Shown here: positions 28,487 through 39,900 of the stretch, piece after piece
How positions within the stretch are numbered: position 1 is the first letter of the stretch
Layout: each line of letters starts with the position of its first letter
Origin: Clostridia bacterium
GTDB taxonomy: Bacteria; Bacillota; Clostridia; Peptostreptococcales; Anaerovoracaceae
Length of the DNA: 64,000 bases
Assembly: GCA_024689085.1 (NCBI GenBank)
Contig: JAILDT010000054.1
Location: 619-64,618, forward strand
Direction: 5' to 3'
Program-made: the position numbers and the translations under genes
The notes under the pieces: model-generated
What the model was told of the DNA's origin: nothing
The model's input: only the letters and a program-made list of their open reading frames with translations
The model's database searches: none

Positions 28487-29069
28487 CGGTCGGAATCTCC
28501 AGTTCTCCCAGTATTGACTGCATGATCTCATCGTTTAGGATCATTCGCCAGCCGCCGTATCCGTCCTCTTCCATCGGCAGATACACTACGTTCTCGTAGG
28601 TTGGCTCTCCGCTGGCGGTCTTTTCAATCTGATCCAGGTATAGATCGAGACATTTCTTGTTCAATTTTTCTTTGTTGACAACGTCCTCGCTGTAGAGATT
28701 GTCCGTCACGTACTGGTAGGATGCTTTCTGGTAGTCGTCCATGATACCGCTGAAATCGCAGTTTCTGACTTTGACCTCGACAACAGCAACGCTGCCCTTC
28801 GCTGCGGAATCTATCATCTCATAGGAAAAATTCCGGAAAAGAGCCTCCTCCATCCGGTCCATTTCCTCGTCGGTACCTTTGACGTTCTCGAGGAAGTTGA
28901 CGTAACGGTTGTCCATATACATCATGACCGTCTGCTGTTCCCCGCCCGCCAAATCGCGTAAAAAAGCGTCCGCCGCTTCCCACGGCTCACTTTCGGACAT
29001 AGCAGAAGCGCCGCCGGAAATGGCGGTCGCGATCAGTACCGATACAATTGTGCCGATGAGTCCATTCAT
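28479..29069 (-). CDS. Exported hypothetical protein (NTF2-like/DUF5105-like)
   Basis: N-terminal hydrophobic segment; SYE......A.V.VKV pattern; GGWRM near the C-terminus. Confidence 0.6.
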   Translation of the reverse strand: MNGLIGTIVSVLIATAISGGASAMSESEPWEAADAFLRDLAGGEQQTVMMYMDNRYVNFLENVKGTDEEMDRMEEALFRNFSYEMIDSAAKGSVAVVEVKVRNCDFSGIMDDYQKASYQYVTDNLYSEDVVNKEKLNKKCLDLYLDQIEKTASGEPTYENVVYLPMEEDGYGGWRMILNDEIMQSILGELEIPTDE

Positions 29070-29093
29070 GCTGCGCTTACCTGCTTTTGCATA

Positions 29094-30017
29094 TTACTTC
29101 CAAAGTTTCTCCGGGTAGTCGCCCTTGTCCTTTTTCGCCTGGAGTTCGTCGTGGACGCTCTGCCAGTCCTCCTTGTAGGTGACGCCGCACCACTTATCGT
29201 GACACGGCAGGACCTTGACGCGGGCCTTGCCGCCTTTGATCAGTTTGTCGACGGTGCGCGGCAGCAGATACTCGCTCTTCAGCGGATTCTTCGGAACTTC
29301 CTCCGCGAAGAACGCGTCGATACCAGCCTTCAGTTCGTCGATCATACTGGCGGTAAATCCCCAGAAGTTCATGGAGACCAGCGTATCCTCCGGCAGCACG
29401 TGCCAGGTTTCCCCGTCGTCCTCCGTGTAGCAGATGCCTTCCGGCTGACGCTGGATCTTCGTCCGTTCCGTGATGACTTTGAGGTCTCCGTTCTCGTCCA
29501 TCTCGCAGACACCTCTGGCCACGTGGCCATTTTCGGTGATCGTGTTCTTGAGCACATAACCTGCCATGCAGTACTGGTATACATCTGTATCCTCATGCTC
29601 CGTCAGGTATTCGTAGACGCTGACAAATCCGCCCGGACCGTAATAGTCGTCCGCGTTGATGACAGCGAACGGTCCGTCGATCAGATCTCTGCAAGCCAGA
29701 ATGGCGTGGGAGGTTCCCCACGGTTTTTCTCTTCCCTCCGGGATCTCGTACCCTTCCGGAATGTCCTTCAGGTCCTGATAAGCATATTCTATATCCATGA
29801 AACGACCCGCCCTCTCGTCGACGAGTTCTCTGAAGATATCTCTGTGTTCCTCGCGAATGACGAAGATGACTCTGTCGAACCCGGCCATCATGGCGTCATA
29901 AAGAGAGAAATCAAGGATGATTTCTCCTGCGTCGGTGATCTTGTCCACCTGCTTCAGCCCGCCGTATCTCGATCCCATTCCTGCGGCCATTATAACCAGT
30001 GTCGGTTTACTCGCCAT
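29094..30017 (-). CDS. Sugar-phosphate nucleotidyltransferase family protein
   Basis: MAAGMGSRYGGLKQ, KPWGT.HA, VINADDYYG, SMNFWGF. Confidence 0.9.
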   Translation of the reverse strand: MASKPTLVIMAAGMGSRYGGLKQVDKITDAGEIILDFSLYDAMMAGFDRVIFVIREEHRDIFRELVDERAGRFMDIEYAYQDLKDIPEGYEIPEGREKPWGTSHAILACRDLIDGPFAVINADDYYGPGGFVSVYEYLTEHEDTDVYQYCMAGYVLKNTITENGHVARGVCEMDENGDLKVITERTKIQRQPEGICYTEDDGETWHVLPEDTLVSMNFWGFTASMIDELKAGIDAFFAEEVPKNPLKSEYLLPRTVDKLIKGGKARVKVLPCHDKWCGVTYKEDWQSVHDELQAKKDKGDYPEKLWK

Positions 30018-30041
30018 TTGTCTATCTCCTTCTGCTACGTT

Positions 30042-30069
30042 TTGAATTTCTGTCCAGTTATTGTATAAT
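30042..30069 (+). promoter_or_regulatory. Probable promoter of the plus-strand three-gene unit
   Basis: TTGAAT-16 bp-TATAAT. Confidence 0.5.
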
Positions 30070-30099
30070 CAGCATAGTATATATTAACAAGGAATGATT

Positions 30100-30564
30100 A
30101 TGAACGCAAATTTGATTGTCGTAACCGGCTGCTTCGGCGCACCCGTTGCAGAGAAGGCCCGCGAGCTGTCGGCCCAGCACGGTCTGCCGCTGGTGGACCT
30201 GGATAAGGAAATAGAACGACGCGACGGCCGGTCCATCAAACGCCTTGTCATGATGAACGGCGAACACGGCTACCGAAACCAGGAATTCGAGGTGCTGCAG
30301 GAGCTGTCCGATGCCGGCGCTGCCTGCGTGGTGGCCTGCGGCGACGGCGTCCTCTACGATGACGACTCCCGCAATATCATCCTCGCAAACGAGCTGGTCA
30401 TTGCAGGAGAGGATTTGACAACCGACGAACTCTGGACGCATGCAAAAGCAATCACTGACAGCTACCATGCTTTCATGAGTTTCGGTTCAGAAGAAGAGAA
30501 ACAGGCAGCCTTTGCTGATCTGATACAAAGACAGCGGGCCCTGATAGAAGGAGTAAAGAAATGA
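30100..30564 (+). CDS. Shikimate kinase-like protein with a degenerate P-loop
   Basis: VDLD.EIE...GRSI, GE..YR..E and VVACG.G motifs; Walker A reads GCFGAPVA. Confidence 0.75.
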   Translation: MNANLIVVTGCFGAPVAEKARELSAQHGLPLVDLDKEIERRDGRSIKRLVMMNGEHGYRNQEFEVLQELSDAGAACVVACGDGVLYDDDSRNIILANELVIAGEDLTTDELWTHAKAITDSYHAFMSFGSEEEKQAAFADLIQRQRALIEGVKK

Positions 30565-31109
30565 TACAAGACAGAATCACAACTTCCGGCGAAGCCGCCA
30601 TCAGAACGGGACAGGCCATGATCGCCGCCGCCATGACAGCCCCGAAGGGCAACGGCGTCGACGATGTGGAGGGCGTTCTCCTCACCGGAGAAGACAAGGA
30701 CATCCTGGCCGATCATATGCGCGATATCGCTGCCGAGACCGGGGAAGATTTCTACGCACGCGACGCGGGGAATGTGGACAACAGCTACTGCGTCGTCATC
30801 CTCTGGGCGAAGCACGCGCCGCTGGGCCTGACCAACTGCGGGCTCTGCGGATTCAAAAACTGCGGCGCCAACAAGAAAGCCGGCGCTGTGTGTGCGTTTA
30901 ACGTGACCGATCTTGGCATCGCCGTCGGCTCTGCCGTTTCGCTGGCTGCGGATCACCGCATGGACAACCGCGTGCTCTTCTCGGCAGGCAAAGCCGCCGC
31001 CCGTATGGGACTCTTCGGCGAGGAAGTCAAGGTGTGCTACGGCATTCCGCTCTCCGTTTCCTCAAAGAGTGTATTCTTCGACCGGGGCCCGGGAGACGTG
31101 AAATTCTAG
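30561..31109 (+). CDS. DUF2148 ferredoxin-domain protein
   Basis: A.TAPKG.G.D, RDAGN, CGLCGFKNC..C, DLGIAVGSA, DNR..FS.G, KS.FFDR. Confidence 0.85.
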   Translation: MIQDRITTSGEAAIRTGQAMIAAAMTAPKGNGVDDVEGVLLTGEDKDILADHMRDIAAETGEDFYARDAGNVDNSYCVVILWAKHAPLGLTNCGLCGFKNCGANKKAGAVCAFNVTDLGIAVGSAVSLAADHRMDNRVLFSAGKAAARMGLFGEEVKVCYGIPLSVSSKSVFFDRGPGDVKF

Positions 31110-31143
31110 GCGTGTTATCTGAATACAAAGCAGGAGATAGATT

Positions 31144-31887
31144 ATGAAACTCATCCGCAACATCCCCGCCGCCGTGAAGGTATTCGGAGATGTGATTCGC
31201 TACAACAAGTATAAATCGCTGATAGACAATGCAAAGGCATCTGGTGATTTTGATGAAGAACGCCGCCTGATTCTGGAAGCAACCTCCACCTTCGGACCGA
31301 AGATCGTGGAACAATTCGGCTGTGACCTGCATGTGCACGGCGAAGAGAATATCCCGGCAGAAGGTCCTGTCGTCCTCTTCCTGAATCACCAGAGTTACGC
31401 GGATATTCCGATCATGTTCGCTGTCTTCCGGAAATTCCAGTTCGGATTCGTCGCCAAGCAGTATCTGGCGAAAGCGCCGATTCTTGGCGGCTGGATGCCG
31501 CGCATCCGGAGCGTGTTCATCGAAAACGACTCCCCGCGGGAGGCGCTGAAGGCCATCAACCGTGGAATCGACTATATCAACGATGGTTTTTCCCTGGCAA
31601 TCTGCCCGGAAGGAACAAGAAGCAAAGGCCCGACGGTCGGTCCGTTCATGAAAGGCGCCATTAAGCTCGCCACCAAACCAGGTGTACCGATCGTGCCGGT
31701 CGCTCTGAACGGCACCTACCGCATGCTGGAGGAAACGGGCGTCGTCAGCCCTGCCCGGGTCGATGTGAAAGTGTTCCCTGCCATTCCGACTGCAGGCATC
31801 TCCCGCCAGGAGGAAAAAGAAATCGGCGACCGGGTCGAACGGCTCATCCGCGATGGCGTGGCGGAACTGGCTGCGCTGCAGGAATAG
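31144..31887 (+). CDS. plsC: 1-acyl-sn-glycerol-3-phosphate acyltransferase
   Basis: NHQSYAD, FVAK, PEGTRS, PIVPV. Confidence 0.92.
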   Translation: MKLIRNIPAAVKVFGDVIRYNKYKSLIDNAKASGDFDEERRLILEATSTFGPKIVEQFGCDLHVHGEENIPAEGPVVLFLNHQSYADIPIMFAVFRKFQFGFVAKQYLAKAPILGGWMPRIRSVFIENDSPREALKAINRGIDYINDGFSLAICPEGTRSKGPTVGPFMKGAIKLATKPGVPIVPVALNGTYRMLEETGVVSPARVDVKVFPAIPTAGISRQEEKEIGDRVERLIRDGVAELAALQE

Positions 31888-31902
31888 CAGCAAACAGAGT
31901 CT

Positions 31903-31933
31903 AAAAAAAGAAGTGCCGCAGCACTTCTTTTTT
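31903..31933. terminator. Bidirectional terminator between plsC and trpS
   Basis: AAAAAAGAAGTGC-cgca-GCACTTCTTTTTT between convergent genes. Confidence 0.92.
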
Positions 31934-31955
31934 CAATGCTTTGTATTTCGTCTGC

Positions 31956-32939
31956 TCAGCCAAGTCCTAATCCAAACTTGTCTCTGACGCGCTTCATGAC
32001 TGGCTCTGCGATGGCGGACGCTCTTTCCGCGCCGTCGTTCAGAACTCTGATGAGCTCCTCGGAGTGGCGGATTTCTTCGTAGTTCTTTTTGATTGGAGCC
32101 AGCGCTTCCTGGGTGACGGCCACGAGTTCTTTCTTCAGGTCGCCGTATCCTCTCCAGTTCTGGTTGGCCAGAATCTCATCGACGGATACACCGCTGAAGG
32201 CGCTGTAGATGTTGAGCAGATTGCTCACGCCCGGCTTGTTCACCGGATCGAATCTCAATTCGCCGTCGGAGTCTGTGGTTGCTCTCATGATGGACTTCTT
32301 GATTTTGCTGTCCTCGTCCAGAAGAGAGATGCGGGAGTGGATATTCTCCGCACTCTTGCTCATCTTCGATTCCGGATCGTCAAGCGCCATGACGCGGGCG
32401 CCTTCCTTCATGAAGCGTCCGTCCGGGACCACGAAGGTCTCGCCGTATTTGTTGTTCACGCGGATGGCGATGTTTCTGGCTAGCTCGATGTGCTGCTTCT
32501 GATCATTTCCGACAGGAACCACATCCGTATCATAGAGAAGAATGTCCGCTGCCATGAGGACCGGATAGACCAGCAGTCCTGTGCCGACGGATTCATTGCC
32601 GCCGCTTTTGGCTTTGAACTGGGTCATTCTGGAGAGCTCGCCTGTATAGCAGTTGCAGCAGAGGACCCAGCCCAGTTCCGCATGCTCGCTGACCTGTGAC
32701 TGCACGAAGATGATGGACTTCTTCGGGTCAACGCCGATGGCCATGTACAGGGCCGCCACGTCAAGAATGTGCTCCCGCAGTTCCTTCGGGTCCTGGGGAA
32801 CAGTGATTGCGTGTTCATCGACAATGCAGTAAATGCATTCGTGATCCTCCTGCAGTTCAACAAACTGCTTGAGGGCGCCGAGGTAATTACCAATGTGTAT
32901 GTTTCCTGTCGGCTGTACGCCTGAAAAAACTCTCTTCAT
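31956..32939 (-). CDS. trpS: Tryptophan--tRNA ligase
   Basis: SGVQPTG, HIGN, YPVLMAADIL, KMSKS. Confidence 0.98.
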   Translation of the reverse strand: MKRVFSGVQPTGNIHIGNYLGALKQFVELQEDHECIYCIVDEHAITVPQDPKELREHILDVAALYMAIGVDPKKSIIFVQSQVSEHAELGWVLCCNCYTGELSRMTQFKAKSGGNESVGTGLLVYPVLMAADILLYDTDVVPVGNDQKQHIELARNIAIRVNNKYGETFVVPDGRFMKEGARVMALDDPESKMSKSAENIHSRISLLDEDSKIKKSIMRATTDSDGELRFDPVNKPGVSNLLNIYSAFSGVSVDEILANQNWRGYGDLKKELVAVTQEALAPIKKNYEEIRHSEELIRVLNDGAERASAIAEPVMKRVRDKFGLGLG

Positions 32940-32954
32940 GTCCTGCTGTTCTCC

Positions 32955-35567
32955 TTAAATATCGAATTTGGTCTGTTCTGTTCCGTCGTCTTTAGCGGCT
33001 TCCGCCTGTTTTTTTTCGGCCTTCGTTTTTTCCTTTTCCGCCTTTGCTTCGGCGGCGCGTTTTTCGGCCTTTTTCTTCTGCCTCTGCTTCTGGGCCTGTT
33101 CCGCCAGCTCGGCTCTCTCTTCCTCGTTGATCACTTTGGACATGGAGATGATTTCAATATCGTCTCCGACCCGCATGATTTTGACGCCCTGGGTGGCGCG
33201 TCCGAGGCGGGAGATATCCTTCGCGGCGATCCGGATGATCGTACCCTTGGAATTGATGAGCATGACCTCGTCGTTGTCGTCCACGACAACGGCGCCGATC
33301 AGGTGCCCCGTCTTCTTGAACTTGCTCTTGTCGTAGGTCAGAAGGCCCTTGCCGCCTCTTGCCTGAATCTTGTACTCCTCGACGGCTGTGCGCTTGCCGT
33401 AGCCTTTGCTCGTCACGACGAGAAGTTCTTCACCCGGCTGTACCAGCTGCATGGCGACGACCTCATCATCGTCGTCCAGGTTGATGGCTCTGACGCCGCC
33501 GGCGTTTCTTCCCATCGGCCGGACGTCCTGCTCGCTGAAGCAGATGCACTTGCCGTTCTTCGTGATGATGATGACGTTATCTGTACCAGACGTCTGCTTG
33601 ATCTCTACCAGCTCGTCGCCATCCTTTAAGGAAATGGCGATGAGTCCGCTCTTGCGGTTCGTGTCGAAGGCTGAAATCGCCGTCTTCTTGATGGTGCCTT
33701 TCTTGGTCACGCAGATCAGGAACTTATCATCGCTGAAATCGCGGAACGGAATGATAGCGGAAATGCGTTCCCGCTGCATCAGGTTCAGGAAGTTGGCCGC
33801 ATTGGCTCCCTTGGCTGTCCTGTTGGCCTCCGGAATTTCGTATGCCCTGATCTTGTAGACCTTGCCCATGTTGGTGAAGAACATGAGGTGGTCGTGGGAG
33901 GATGTCATGATGAGATCCCAGACGAAATCGTCATCACGCGTTGTCAGGCCGGTGATGCCTTTGCCTCCTCTCTTCTGCGTTCTGTATGTATCGGCAGCGA
34001 CTCTCTTCAGGTATCCTCTGTGGGTCAGTGTGATAGCGACCTGCTTCTCTTCGATCAGATCTTCTTCATCCATTTCATCCACAGCGGCCAGAATCTTCGT
34101 CCTTCTCTTGTCGCCCCACTTCTTCTTGATCTCCAGAAGCTCGTCACGGATGACGCCCATCAGGAGTTTCTCATCTGCCAGAAGACTCTTATAGTATGCG
34201 ATTCTGTTGCAGAGTTCTTCATACTCTGCTTCCAGCTTTTCGCGCTCCAGTCCCTGCAGACGGGCTAGTCTCATGTCGAGGATGGCCTGAGCCTGCTTCT
34301 CGGAGAGGCCAAAGCGTTTCATGAGTTTTTCCTTGGCGTCGTTGTAACTTTCACGGATCGTCTTGATGACTTCGTCGATATTGTCGAGGGCGATGCGCAG
34401 ACCTTCTACGATGTGGGCCCTTGCCTCCGCCTTCTCCAGGTCGAACTGTGTCCGTCTTGTCACGACATCCTTCTGGTGCTTCAGGTATTCTTCGATAATC
34501 TGCTTCAGGTTGAGGACCTTCGGTCTGCCGTCGACGATGGCCAGCATGATCATGCTGTAGTTTTCCTGCAGTGAGGTGTGCTTATAGAGCTTGTTGAGCA
34601 TTACCTGCGGATGCGCCGTCGCCTTCAGTTCGATGACGATGCGGATGCCCTTTCTGTTGGACTCGTCGCGGATCCCTGAAATACCTTCGAGTTTTTTATC
34701 CCTGACCAGTTCGCCGATGCGCTCGAGCATTCTGGCCTTGTTTACCTGATACGGAATCTCCGTTACGATGATCTGGGATTTGCCGCGGCTGGTCTCTTCG
34801 ATTTCGCAGACAGAGCGGACGACGCATTTGCCCTGCCCTGTTCTGTAGGCTTCCTGGAATCCCTTCTTGCCCAGGATCTGGGCGCCTGTCGGAAAGTCCG
34901 GTCCCTTGACGATCTTGATCAGGTCTTCGACGGTGCATTCTTCATCGTCGATGCCGCATTCGATCATCTTGACGCAGGCGTCAATGGTCTCAGTGAGATT
35001 GTGCGGCGGAATGGAGGTCGCCATACCGACGGCGATACCGTTGCTGCCGTTGATGAGCAGGTTCGGCACGCGGGATGGCAGAACGACTGGTTCCAGTTCT
35101 TCCTCATCGAAGTTCGGAACCATGTCCACCGTGTTCTTGTCGATGTCGCGGATCATCTGCAGCGCGAACGGCGTCATGCGCGCTTCTGTATAACGCATGG
35201 CCGCAGCGCCGTCGCCGTCGATGGATCCGAAGTTGCCGTGACCATCTATGAGCGGATATCTGGTCGCAAAAGGCTGCGCCAGTTTGACCATCGCTTCATA
35301 GATGGAGCTGTCGCCGTGCGGATGGTATTTACCCATGACGTCGCCGACGATACGGGCGGATTTTCTGTGCGGTTTGTCCGGCGTGATCCCCAGGCCGTTC
35401 ATGCCGAAGAGGATCCTTCTGTGTACCGGCTTGAGTCCGTCCCTGACATCAGGAAGGGCTCTGCCCACGATGACGCTCATGGCGTAGTCGATGTAGGAGT
35501 TCTTCATCTCATCGTGGATCTCGTGCTGTATCATTCTCTGATCTTCGAGTAAGCTGTTCTTCGTCAC
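32955..35567 (-). CDS. gyrA: DNA gyrase subunit A
   Basis: [21 protein letters not shown], GyrA-box QKRGGKG. Confidence 0.98.
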   Translation of the reverse strand: MTKNSLLEDQRMIQHEIHDEMKNSYIDYAMSVIVGRALPDVRDGLKPVHRRILFGMNGLGITPDKPHRKSARIVGDVMGKYHPHGDSSIYEAMVKLAQPFATRYPLIDGHGNFGSIDGDGAAAMRYTEARMTPFALQMIRDIDKNTVDMVPNFDEEELEPVVLPSRVPNLLINGSNGIAVGMATSIPPHNLTETIDACVKMIECGIDDEECTVEDLIKIVKGPDFPTGAQILGKKGFQEAYRTGQGKCVVRSVCEIEETSRGKSQIIVTEIPYQVNKARMLERIGELVRDKKLEGISGIRDESNRKGIRIVIELKATAHPQVMLNKLYKHTSLQENYSMIMLAIVDGRPKVLNLKQIIEEYLKHQKDVVTRRTQFDLEKAEARAHIVEGLRIALDNIDEVIKTIRESYNDAKEKLMKRFGLSEKQAQAILDMRLARLQGLEREKLEAEYEELCNRIAYYKSLLADEKLLMGVIRDELLEIKKKWGDKRRTKILAAVDEMDEEDLIEEKQVAITLTHRGYLKRVAADTYRTQKRGGKGITGLTTRDDDFVWDLIMTSSHDHLMFFTNMGKVYKIRAYEIPEANRTAKGANAANFLNLMQRERISAIIPFRDFSDDKFLICVTKKGTIKKTAISAFDTNRKSGLIAISLKDGDELVEIKQTSGTDNVIIITKNGKCICFSEQDVRPMGRNAGGVRAINLDDDDEVVAMQLVQPGEELLVVTSKGYGKRTAVEEYKIQARGGKGLLTYDKSKFKKTGHLIGAVVVDDNDEVMLINSKGTIIRIAAKDISRLGRATQGVKIMRVGDDIEIISMSKVINEEERAELAEQAQKQRQKKKAEKRAAEAKAEKEKTKAEKKQAEAAKDDGTEQTKFDI

Positions 35568-35586
35568 TTAAGATGCCCTCCTTTCC

Positions 35587-37491
35587 TTAAACGTCGATCG
35601 TCGCGTACACCGCGTGGTCTTCAATGAACTTCTTGCGCGGAGGAACTTTGTCGCCCATGAGCGTCGTGAACATTTCATCCGCTGCATTGGCATCTTCCAG
35701 TGTGATCTGGATGAGCGTCCGCTTGCTGTAGTCCATGGTGGTTTCCCAGAGCTGTTCCGGGTCCATCTCGCCGAGGCCCTTATAGCGCTGGATGTCGTAT
35801 TTGCTTCCCTTCAGCGTCGCCAGGAGTTCCTCCTGTTCTCTGTCGGAATATGTGTAGTAAACTTCCTTACCCTTCTTGACCTGAAAGAGCGGCGGCTGCG
35901 CCGCGTAAACGAAGCCGTTCTCGATGAGCGGCGTCATGTACCGGTAGAAGAAGGTGAGGAGCAGTGTCCTGATGTGGGCTCCGTCCACGTCTGCATCGGT
36001 CATGATGATAATCTTGTGGTAACGGAGTTTTGAAAGATCAAATTCCTGTCCGATACCGCAGCCGAAGGCTGTGATCATGTTCTTGATCTCCTCCGAACTG
36101 AGTACTTTATCGATTCTGGCTTTTTCCACGTTGAGGATCTTTCCGCGCAAAGGCAGGATGGCCTGACGTTTTCTGTCTCTGCCGTCCTTGGCGCTGCCGC
36201 CCGCGGAGTCACCCTCTACCAGGAAAATCTCGGAGATCTCCGGATTCTTTTCGGAGCAGTCCGCCAGCTTGCCCGGCATGGAGTTGCCCTCGAGGAAGGA
36301 CTTCCTTACAGACTTCTTCGCCTTTTGGGCGGCCATTCTCGCTCTGGCCGCGTCCAGACATTTCTCCATGATGAGCTTGGCCTGTTTCGGGTTCTCTTCG
36401 AGGAAGGCGCCGAGATAATCGGCTGTTGCCTTTTCCACAAATCCTCTCATATCAGAGTTTCCGAGCTTGGCCTTCGTCTGACCCTCGAACTGCGGCTCCG
36501 TCAGCTTGACTGACACGATGGCCGTGATACCCTCTCTGACGTCATCGCTCTCAAACGGTTCGTCCTTTTCCTTGAGGATGTTGTTCTTTCTGGCGTAAGC
36601 GTTGATGGTTCTGGTGAGCGCCGCTCTGAAACCCTGCAGGTGGAAACCGCCTTCCGTCGTCTTGATGTTGTTGGCGTAGGAGGCGACGTTTTCTTTGTAG
36701 CTGTCCGTGTACTGGATCGCAATTTCTGCCTCGCGGTTATTCTCCGCAACTTCGAAGTAGATGATATCCTTGTGGATCGGGTTTTTCGACTTGTTCAGGT
36801 ATTCCACATACTGTTTGATTCCGCCTTCATAGTAGAAGACGTCTTCGTTCTTGTATCTTTCATCCTTGATGCTGATTTTGACGCCCTTGTTCAGGAAGGC
36901 CATTTCACGGAACCTTCTGGACAGTGTGTCGTAATCGTAAACGATGTCATCAAAAATCTCAGGGTCTGGCCAGAAGGTGGTCTTGGATCCTGTTTTTCTG
37001 GTGTTTCCTCCTTCTACGAGCGGGGTCACAGTCTTACCGCGTTCATAAGCCTGTGTGTAAACTTTGCCGTTTCTTCTGACCTCCACTTCCATGCGTGTGG
37101 AAAGCGCGTTTACGACAGATGCGCCAACGCCGTGAAGTCCTCCGGATACCTTGTATCCGCCGCCGCCGAACTTGCCGCCCGCGTGGAGCACTGTGTGGAT
37201 GACTTCCACAGCAGGAAGTTTCATCTTCGGGTGCATATCGACCGGCATACCTCTGCCGTCGTCTTCAACGGTGATGGAATTATCCTTATTGATTGTAACT
37301 TTGATCTCTGTGCAGAACCCGGCCAGCGCCTCGTCCACACTGTTGTCCACGATTTCATAAACGAGATGGTGCAGTCCCGGCGATCCCGTACTTCCGATGT
37401 ACATACCGGGTCTTTTTCGTACAGCCTCTAATCCCTCCAATACCTGTATTTGTTCGGCATCGTATTGCTGTATTTGATCTTTTTTTGCCAT
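35587..37491 (-). CDS. gyrB: DNA gyrase subunit B
   Basis: [43 protein letters not shown]. Confidence 0.98.
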   Translation of the reverse strand: MAKKDQIQQYDAEQIQVLEGLEAVRKRPGMYIGSTGSPGLHHLVYEIVDNSVDEALAGFCTEIKVTINKDNSITVEDDGRGMPVDMHPKMKLPAVEVIHTVLHAGGKFGGGGYKVSGGLHGVGASVVNALSTRMEVEVRRNGKVYTQAYERGKTVTPLVEGGNTRKTGSKTTFWPDPEIFDDIVYDYDTLSRRFREMAFLNKGVKISIKDERYKNEDVFYYEGGIKQYVEYLNKSKNPIHKDIIYFEVAENNREAEIAIQYTDSYKENVASYANNIKTTEGGFHLQGFRAALTRTINAYARKNNILKEKDEPFESDDVREGITAIVSVKLTEPQFEGQTKAKLGNSDMRGFVEKATADYLGAFLEENPKQAKLIMEKCLDAARARMAAQKAKKSVRKSFLEGNSMPGKLADCSEKNPEISEIFLVEGDSAGGSAKDGRDRKRQAILPLRGKILNVEKARIDKVLSSEEIKNMITAFGCGIGQEFDLSKLRYHKIIIMTDADVDGAHIRTLLLTFFYRYMTPLIENGFVYAAQPPLFQVKKGKEVYYTYSDREQEELLATLKGSKYDIQRYKGLGEMDPEQLWETTMDYSKRTLIQITLEDANAADEMFTTLMGDKVPPRKKFIEDHAVYATIDV

Positions 37492-37567
37492 TCAATTTCT
37501 CCTTATACTGTGCCTTTTCGTTCTCTTTCTTACAATTATATATATACCTGGTCACAAAACACAGTAT

Positions 37568-37596
37568 ATTGTAGCATGAAATCGCCCGTTTTACAA
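37568..37596 (-). promoter_or_regulatory. Promoter of gyrB-gyrA-trpS
   Basis: TTGTAA-17 bp-TACAAT with extended TG. Confidence 0.7.
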
Positions 37597-37616
37597 CATT
37601 TTGTGCTTATTTTAAT

Positions 37617-37657
37617 AAAAAACACGGCCTGGGTATAAAAGTCTTCCCAGACCGTGC
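37617..37657 (-). terminator. Probable terminator after recF
   Basis: cacggtctggg-12 nt loop-cccaggccgtg followed by TTTTTT. Confidence 0.65.
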
Positions 37658-37673
37658 ATTTTTCGCTTTATAT

Positions 37674-38765
37674 TTATATTTCTGTGGCAACCTGCCCCTC
37701 CACAATTTTGAAATATTTTCCTTTTGGCAGTTTTTCCGCAACGCTTTCGATAATTTCCGTTGTCGTTATGAACATCTGATTTTCTCCGAGAGAATTGATC
37801 AGCATAACCTGCCGGTCGTTATCCAGCTCTGATAAAACGTCATCCAGAAGGAGCACCGGTTTTTCACCTTTCTCCTCTTCGATGATTTTGATTTCCGAGA
37901 GTTTCAGGGAAAGGGCTGCGGTACGCTGCTGTCCCTGGGATCCGAATCGCCTCAGGTCAATGGCGTCAGCGTTGATGCTGAAATCATCTCTGTGAGGTCC
38001 CCTGCCAGTGGTTCCGTTTCTGATGTCATCTTCTCTCGTGGCAATGAGGATTTCATAAAAATCTTCTTCCGTATTGGCTGAGGCAGGAACGTTAGACTCA
38101 TACTTCAGGGCGAGCCGCTCTTTGCCGTCCGTAATTCCATAATGGATATTTCTGCTGATTTCGTCGATTCGTTCAATGAACTGCTTTCTCTTCCGGATGA
38201 TTCTCGTACCGCAGGCGGCCAGCTGCCGATCCCAGATATCCAGCATATCTTCATCGATATTTTTTTCTTTCAGATATACATTTCTCTGTTTCAGGACCCG
38301 GTTGTATTCATTCAGATCGTAGAGGTATCCTGCTCTGATCTGACACAATTCCCGGTTGATGAATTTTCTTCTCTTTTCCGGTTCATCTTTTACGATGCGG
38401 AGATCTTCCGGTGAAAAGATGATGATATAAATTCTGTCGAGCAGCTCCGACGCCCGCTTGATTTTGACGCCGTCCTTTTTGATGCCTTTGCGTCCGTCAT
38501 TTCTGATGGCGATTTCCGTCGTGTTCTCTCCTTCTTCGTTTTCAGAAATGGTCTTGATTTTACAGTATTCTTCACCGAAGCGAATCAGTTCTTTGTCTTT
38601 GACATTCTTAAAGGATTTGCCGAAGGCATTTAAATAAATACCCTCCAGCAGATTGGTTTTTCCCTGGGCGTTTTTGCCAATGAAAATATTCACACCTTTG
38701 CTGAAGGATACTTTCTGTTCTTTATAATTTCTGAAGTTATTGAGTTCTATCTCTTTAATGTACAT
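37674..38765 (-). CDS. recF: DNA replication/repair protein RecF
   Basis: NFRNY, GKNAQGKTN, GPHRDD, GSQGQQR, LLLDDV.SELD. Confidence 0.97.
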   Translation of the reverse strand: MYIKEIELNNFRNYKEQKVSFSKGVNIFIGKNAQGKTNLLEGIYLNAFGKSFKNVKDKELIRFGEEYCKIKTISENEEGENTTEIAIRNDGRKGIKKDGVKIKRASELLDRIYIIIFSPEDLRIVKDEPEKRRKFINRELCQIRAGYLYDLNEYNRVLKQRNVYLKEKNIDEDMLDIWDRQLAACGTRIIRKRKQFIERIDEISRNIHYGITDGKERLALKYESNVPASANTEEDFYEILIATREDDIRNGTTGRGPHRDDFSINADAIDLRRFGSQGQQRTAALSLKLSEIKIIEEEKGEKPVLLLDDVLSELDNDRQVMLINSLGENQMFITTTEIIESVAEKLPKGKYFKIVEGQVATEI

Positions 38766-38775
38766 GTATCATTGA

Positions 38776-39891
38776 TTACATCGAAGGGATTCTGACCGGA
38801 AGAATGAGATATTCGTAATGATCTCCTTCTACTGGTTTTACGACACATGGTGAAACGCCGCTCTTGAAATGCAGGGAAATCTGTTCGTCATCGATGACCT
38901 TCATAACATCCAGAACAAACTTGGAATTGAATCCGATTTCAAGATCATTACCTGTCTTTTCTACGATGATTTCTTCTTTCACATTTCCTTCTTCTGATCT
39001 GGAAGTAATGGTCATTAAGTCGTTTTTAATGATCATTTTGATCAGATTATTTTTACCTTCTCTTGAAAGAAGAGAGGCTCTTTCAATACTTTCGAGAAGC
39101 ATATCTCTGTTTACGATGAGATGTGTTGTATTGTCTGCCGGAAGAATATCATAATATTTAATAAATTCTCCTTCCATTCTTCTGATTACAATTTCATTGT
39201 TTCCAATATTAATGACTTCTCTCTTTTCACCCAGCGCAATTGTAATATCTGATTCTTCTTCCTCTTCGGAAATGATTTTACTGATTTCATTCATAACCTT
39301 CGCGGCGATGATGAATTTATTTGGCGCTGCACTCTTCATATATTCTTTGACAAGGGCTAATCTGAAACCATCAAGAGATACCATTTTTATATTATCTTCT
39401 TCAATTTCAGTTAAGATTCCGGTAAGAACACCTTTTGATTCATCAATACTTGCCGCAAATGCTGTTTTTCTGATCATCTCTTTAAAAATATTGCTGTCGA
39501 GACTGATGATTTCGCTTCCTTCTTCTTTATTACCGATCTCAGGAAATTCATCCGTCGGAAAACTTACGACATTGAATTCAGAAAAACTGGTTTTGATAAT
39601 GACTGTTCCGGATTCATCCTCACTGATCATAATCTCTTCATTAGGCAGTTTTCTTACAATATCTGAAAAAAGCTTCGCCATTACTACAAAAGCACCAGGC
39701 TCCTGAACATCAGCTTCGATTTCTTTTTTGATGCTGATTTCCAAATCTGACGCAGTCAGAATCAGATGGTTATCATCTGTTGCTTTTATCATAATTCCCT
39801 TCAGAATAGGAATTGTCGTTCTGCTCGATACTGCTTTCGAAACAGTGTTTAATGCTTTTGCGAGAGTCTGCTGATTACATGTGAATTTCAT
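38776..39891 (-). CDS. dnaN: DNA polymerase III beta clamp
   Basis: TTIPIL, SDLEISI, DGFRLA, IGFN..F, YLILPVR. Confidence 0.97.
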   Translation of the reverse strand: MKFTCNQQTLAKALNTVSKAVSSRTTIPILKGIMIKATDDNHLILTASDLEISIKKEIEADVQEPGAFVVMAKLFSDIVRKLPNEEIMISEDESGTVIIKTSFSEFNVVSFPTDEFPEIGNKEEGSEIISLDSNIFKEMIRKTAFAASIDESKGVLTGILTEIEEDNIKMVSLDGFRLALVKEYMKSAAPNKFIIAAKVMNEISKIISEEEEESDITIALGEKREVINIGNNEIVIRRMEGEFIKYYDILPADNTTHLIVNRDMLLESIERASLLSREGKNNLIKMIIKNDLMTITSRSEEGNVKEEIIVEKTGNDLEIGFNSKFVLDVMKVIDDEQISLHFKSGVSPCVVKPVEGDHYEYLILPVRIPSM

Positions 39892-39900
39892 AGTATCCTC

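Noticed and set aside
35290-35330. Possible quinolone-resistance substitution or ParC identity for gyrA
   Set aside because: The QRDR reads [10 protein letters not shown] (Ser and acidic residue retained) and a GyrA-box is present
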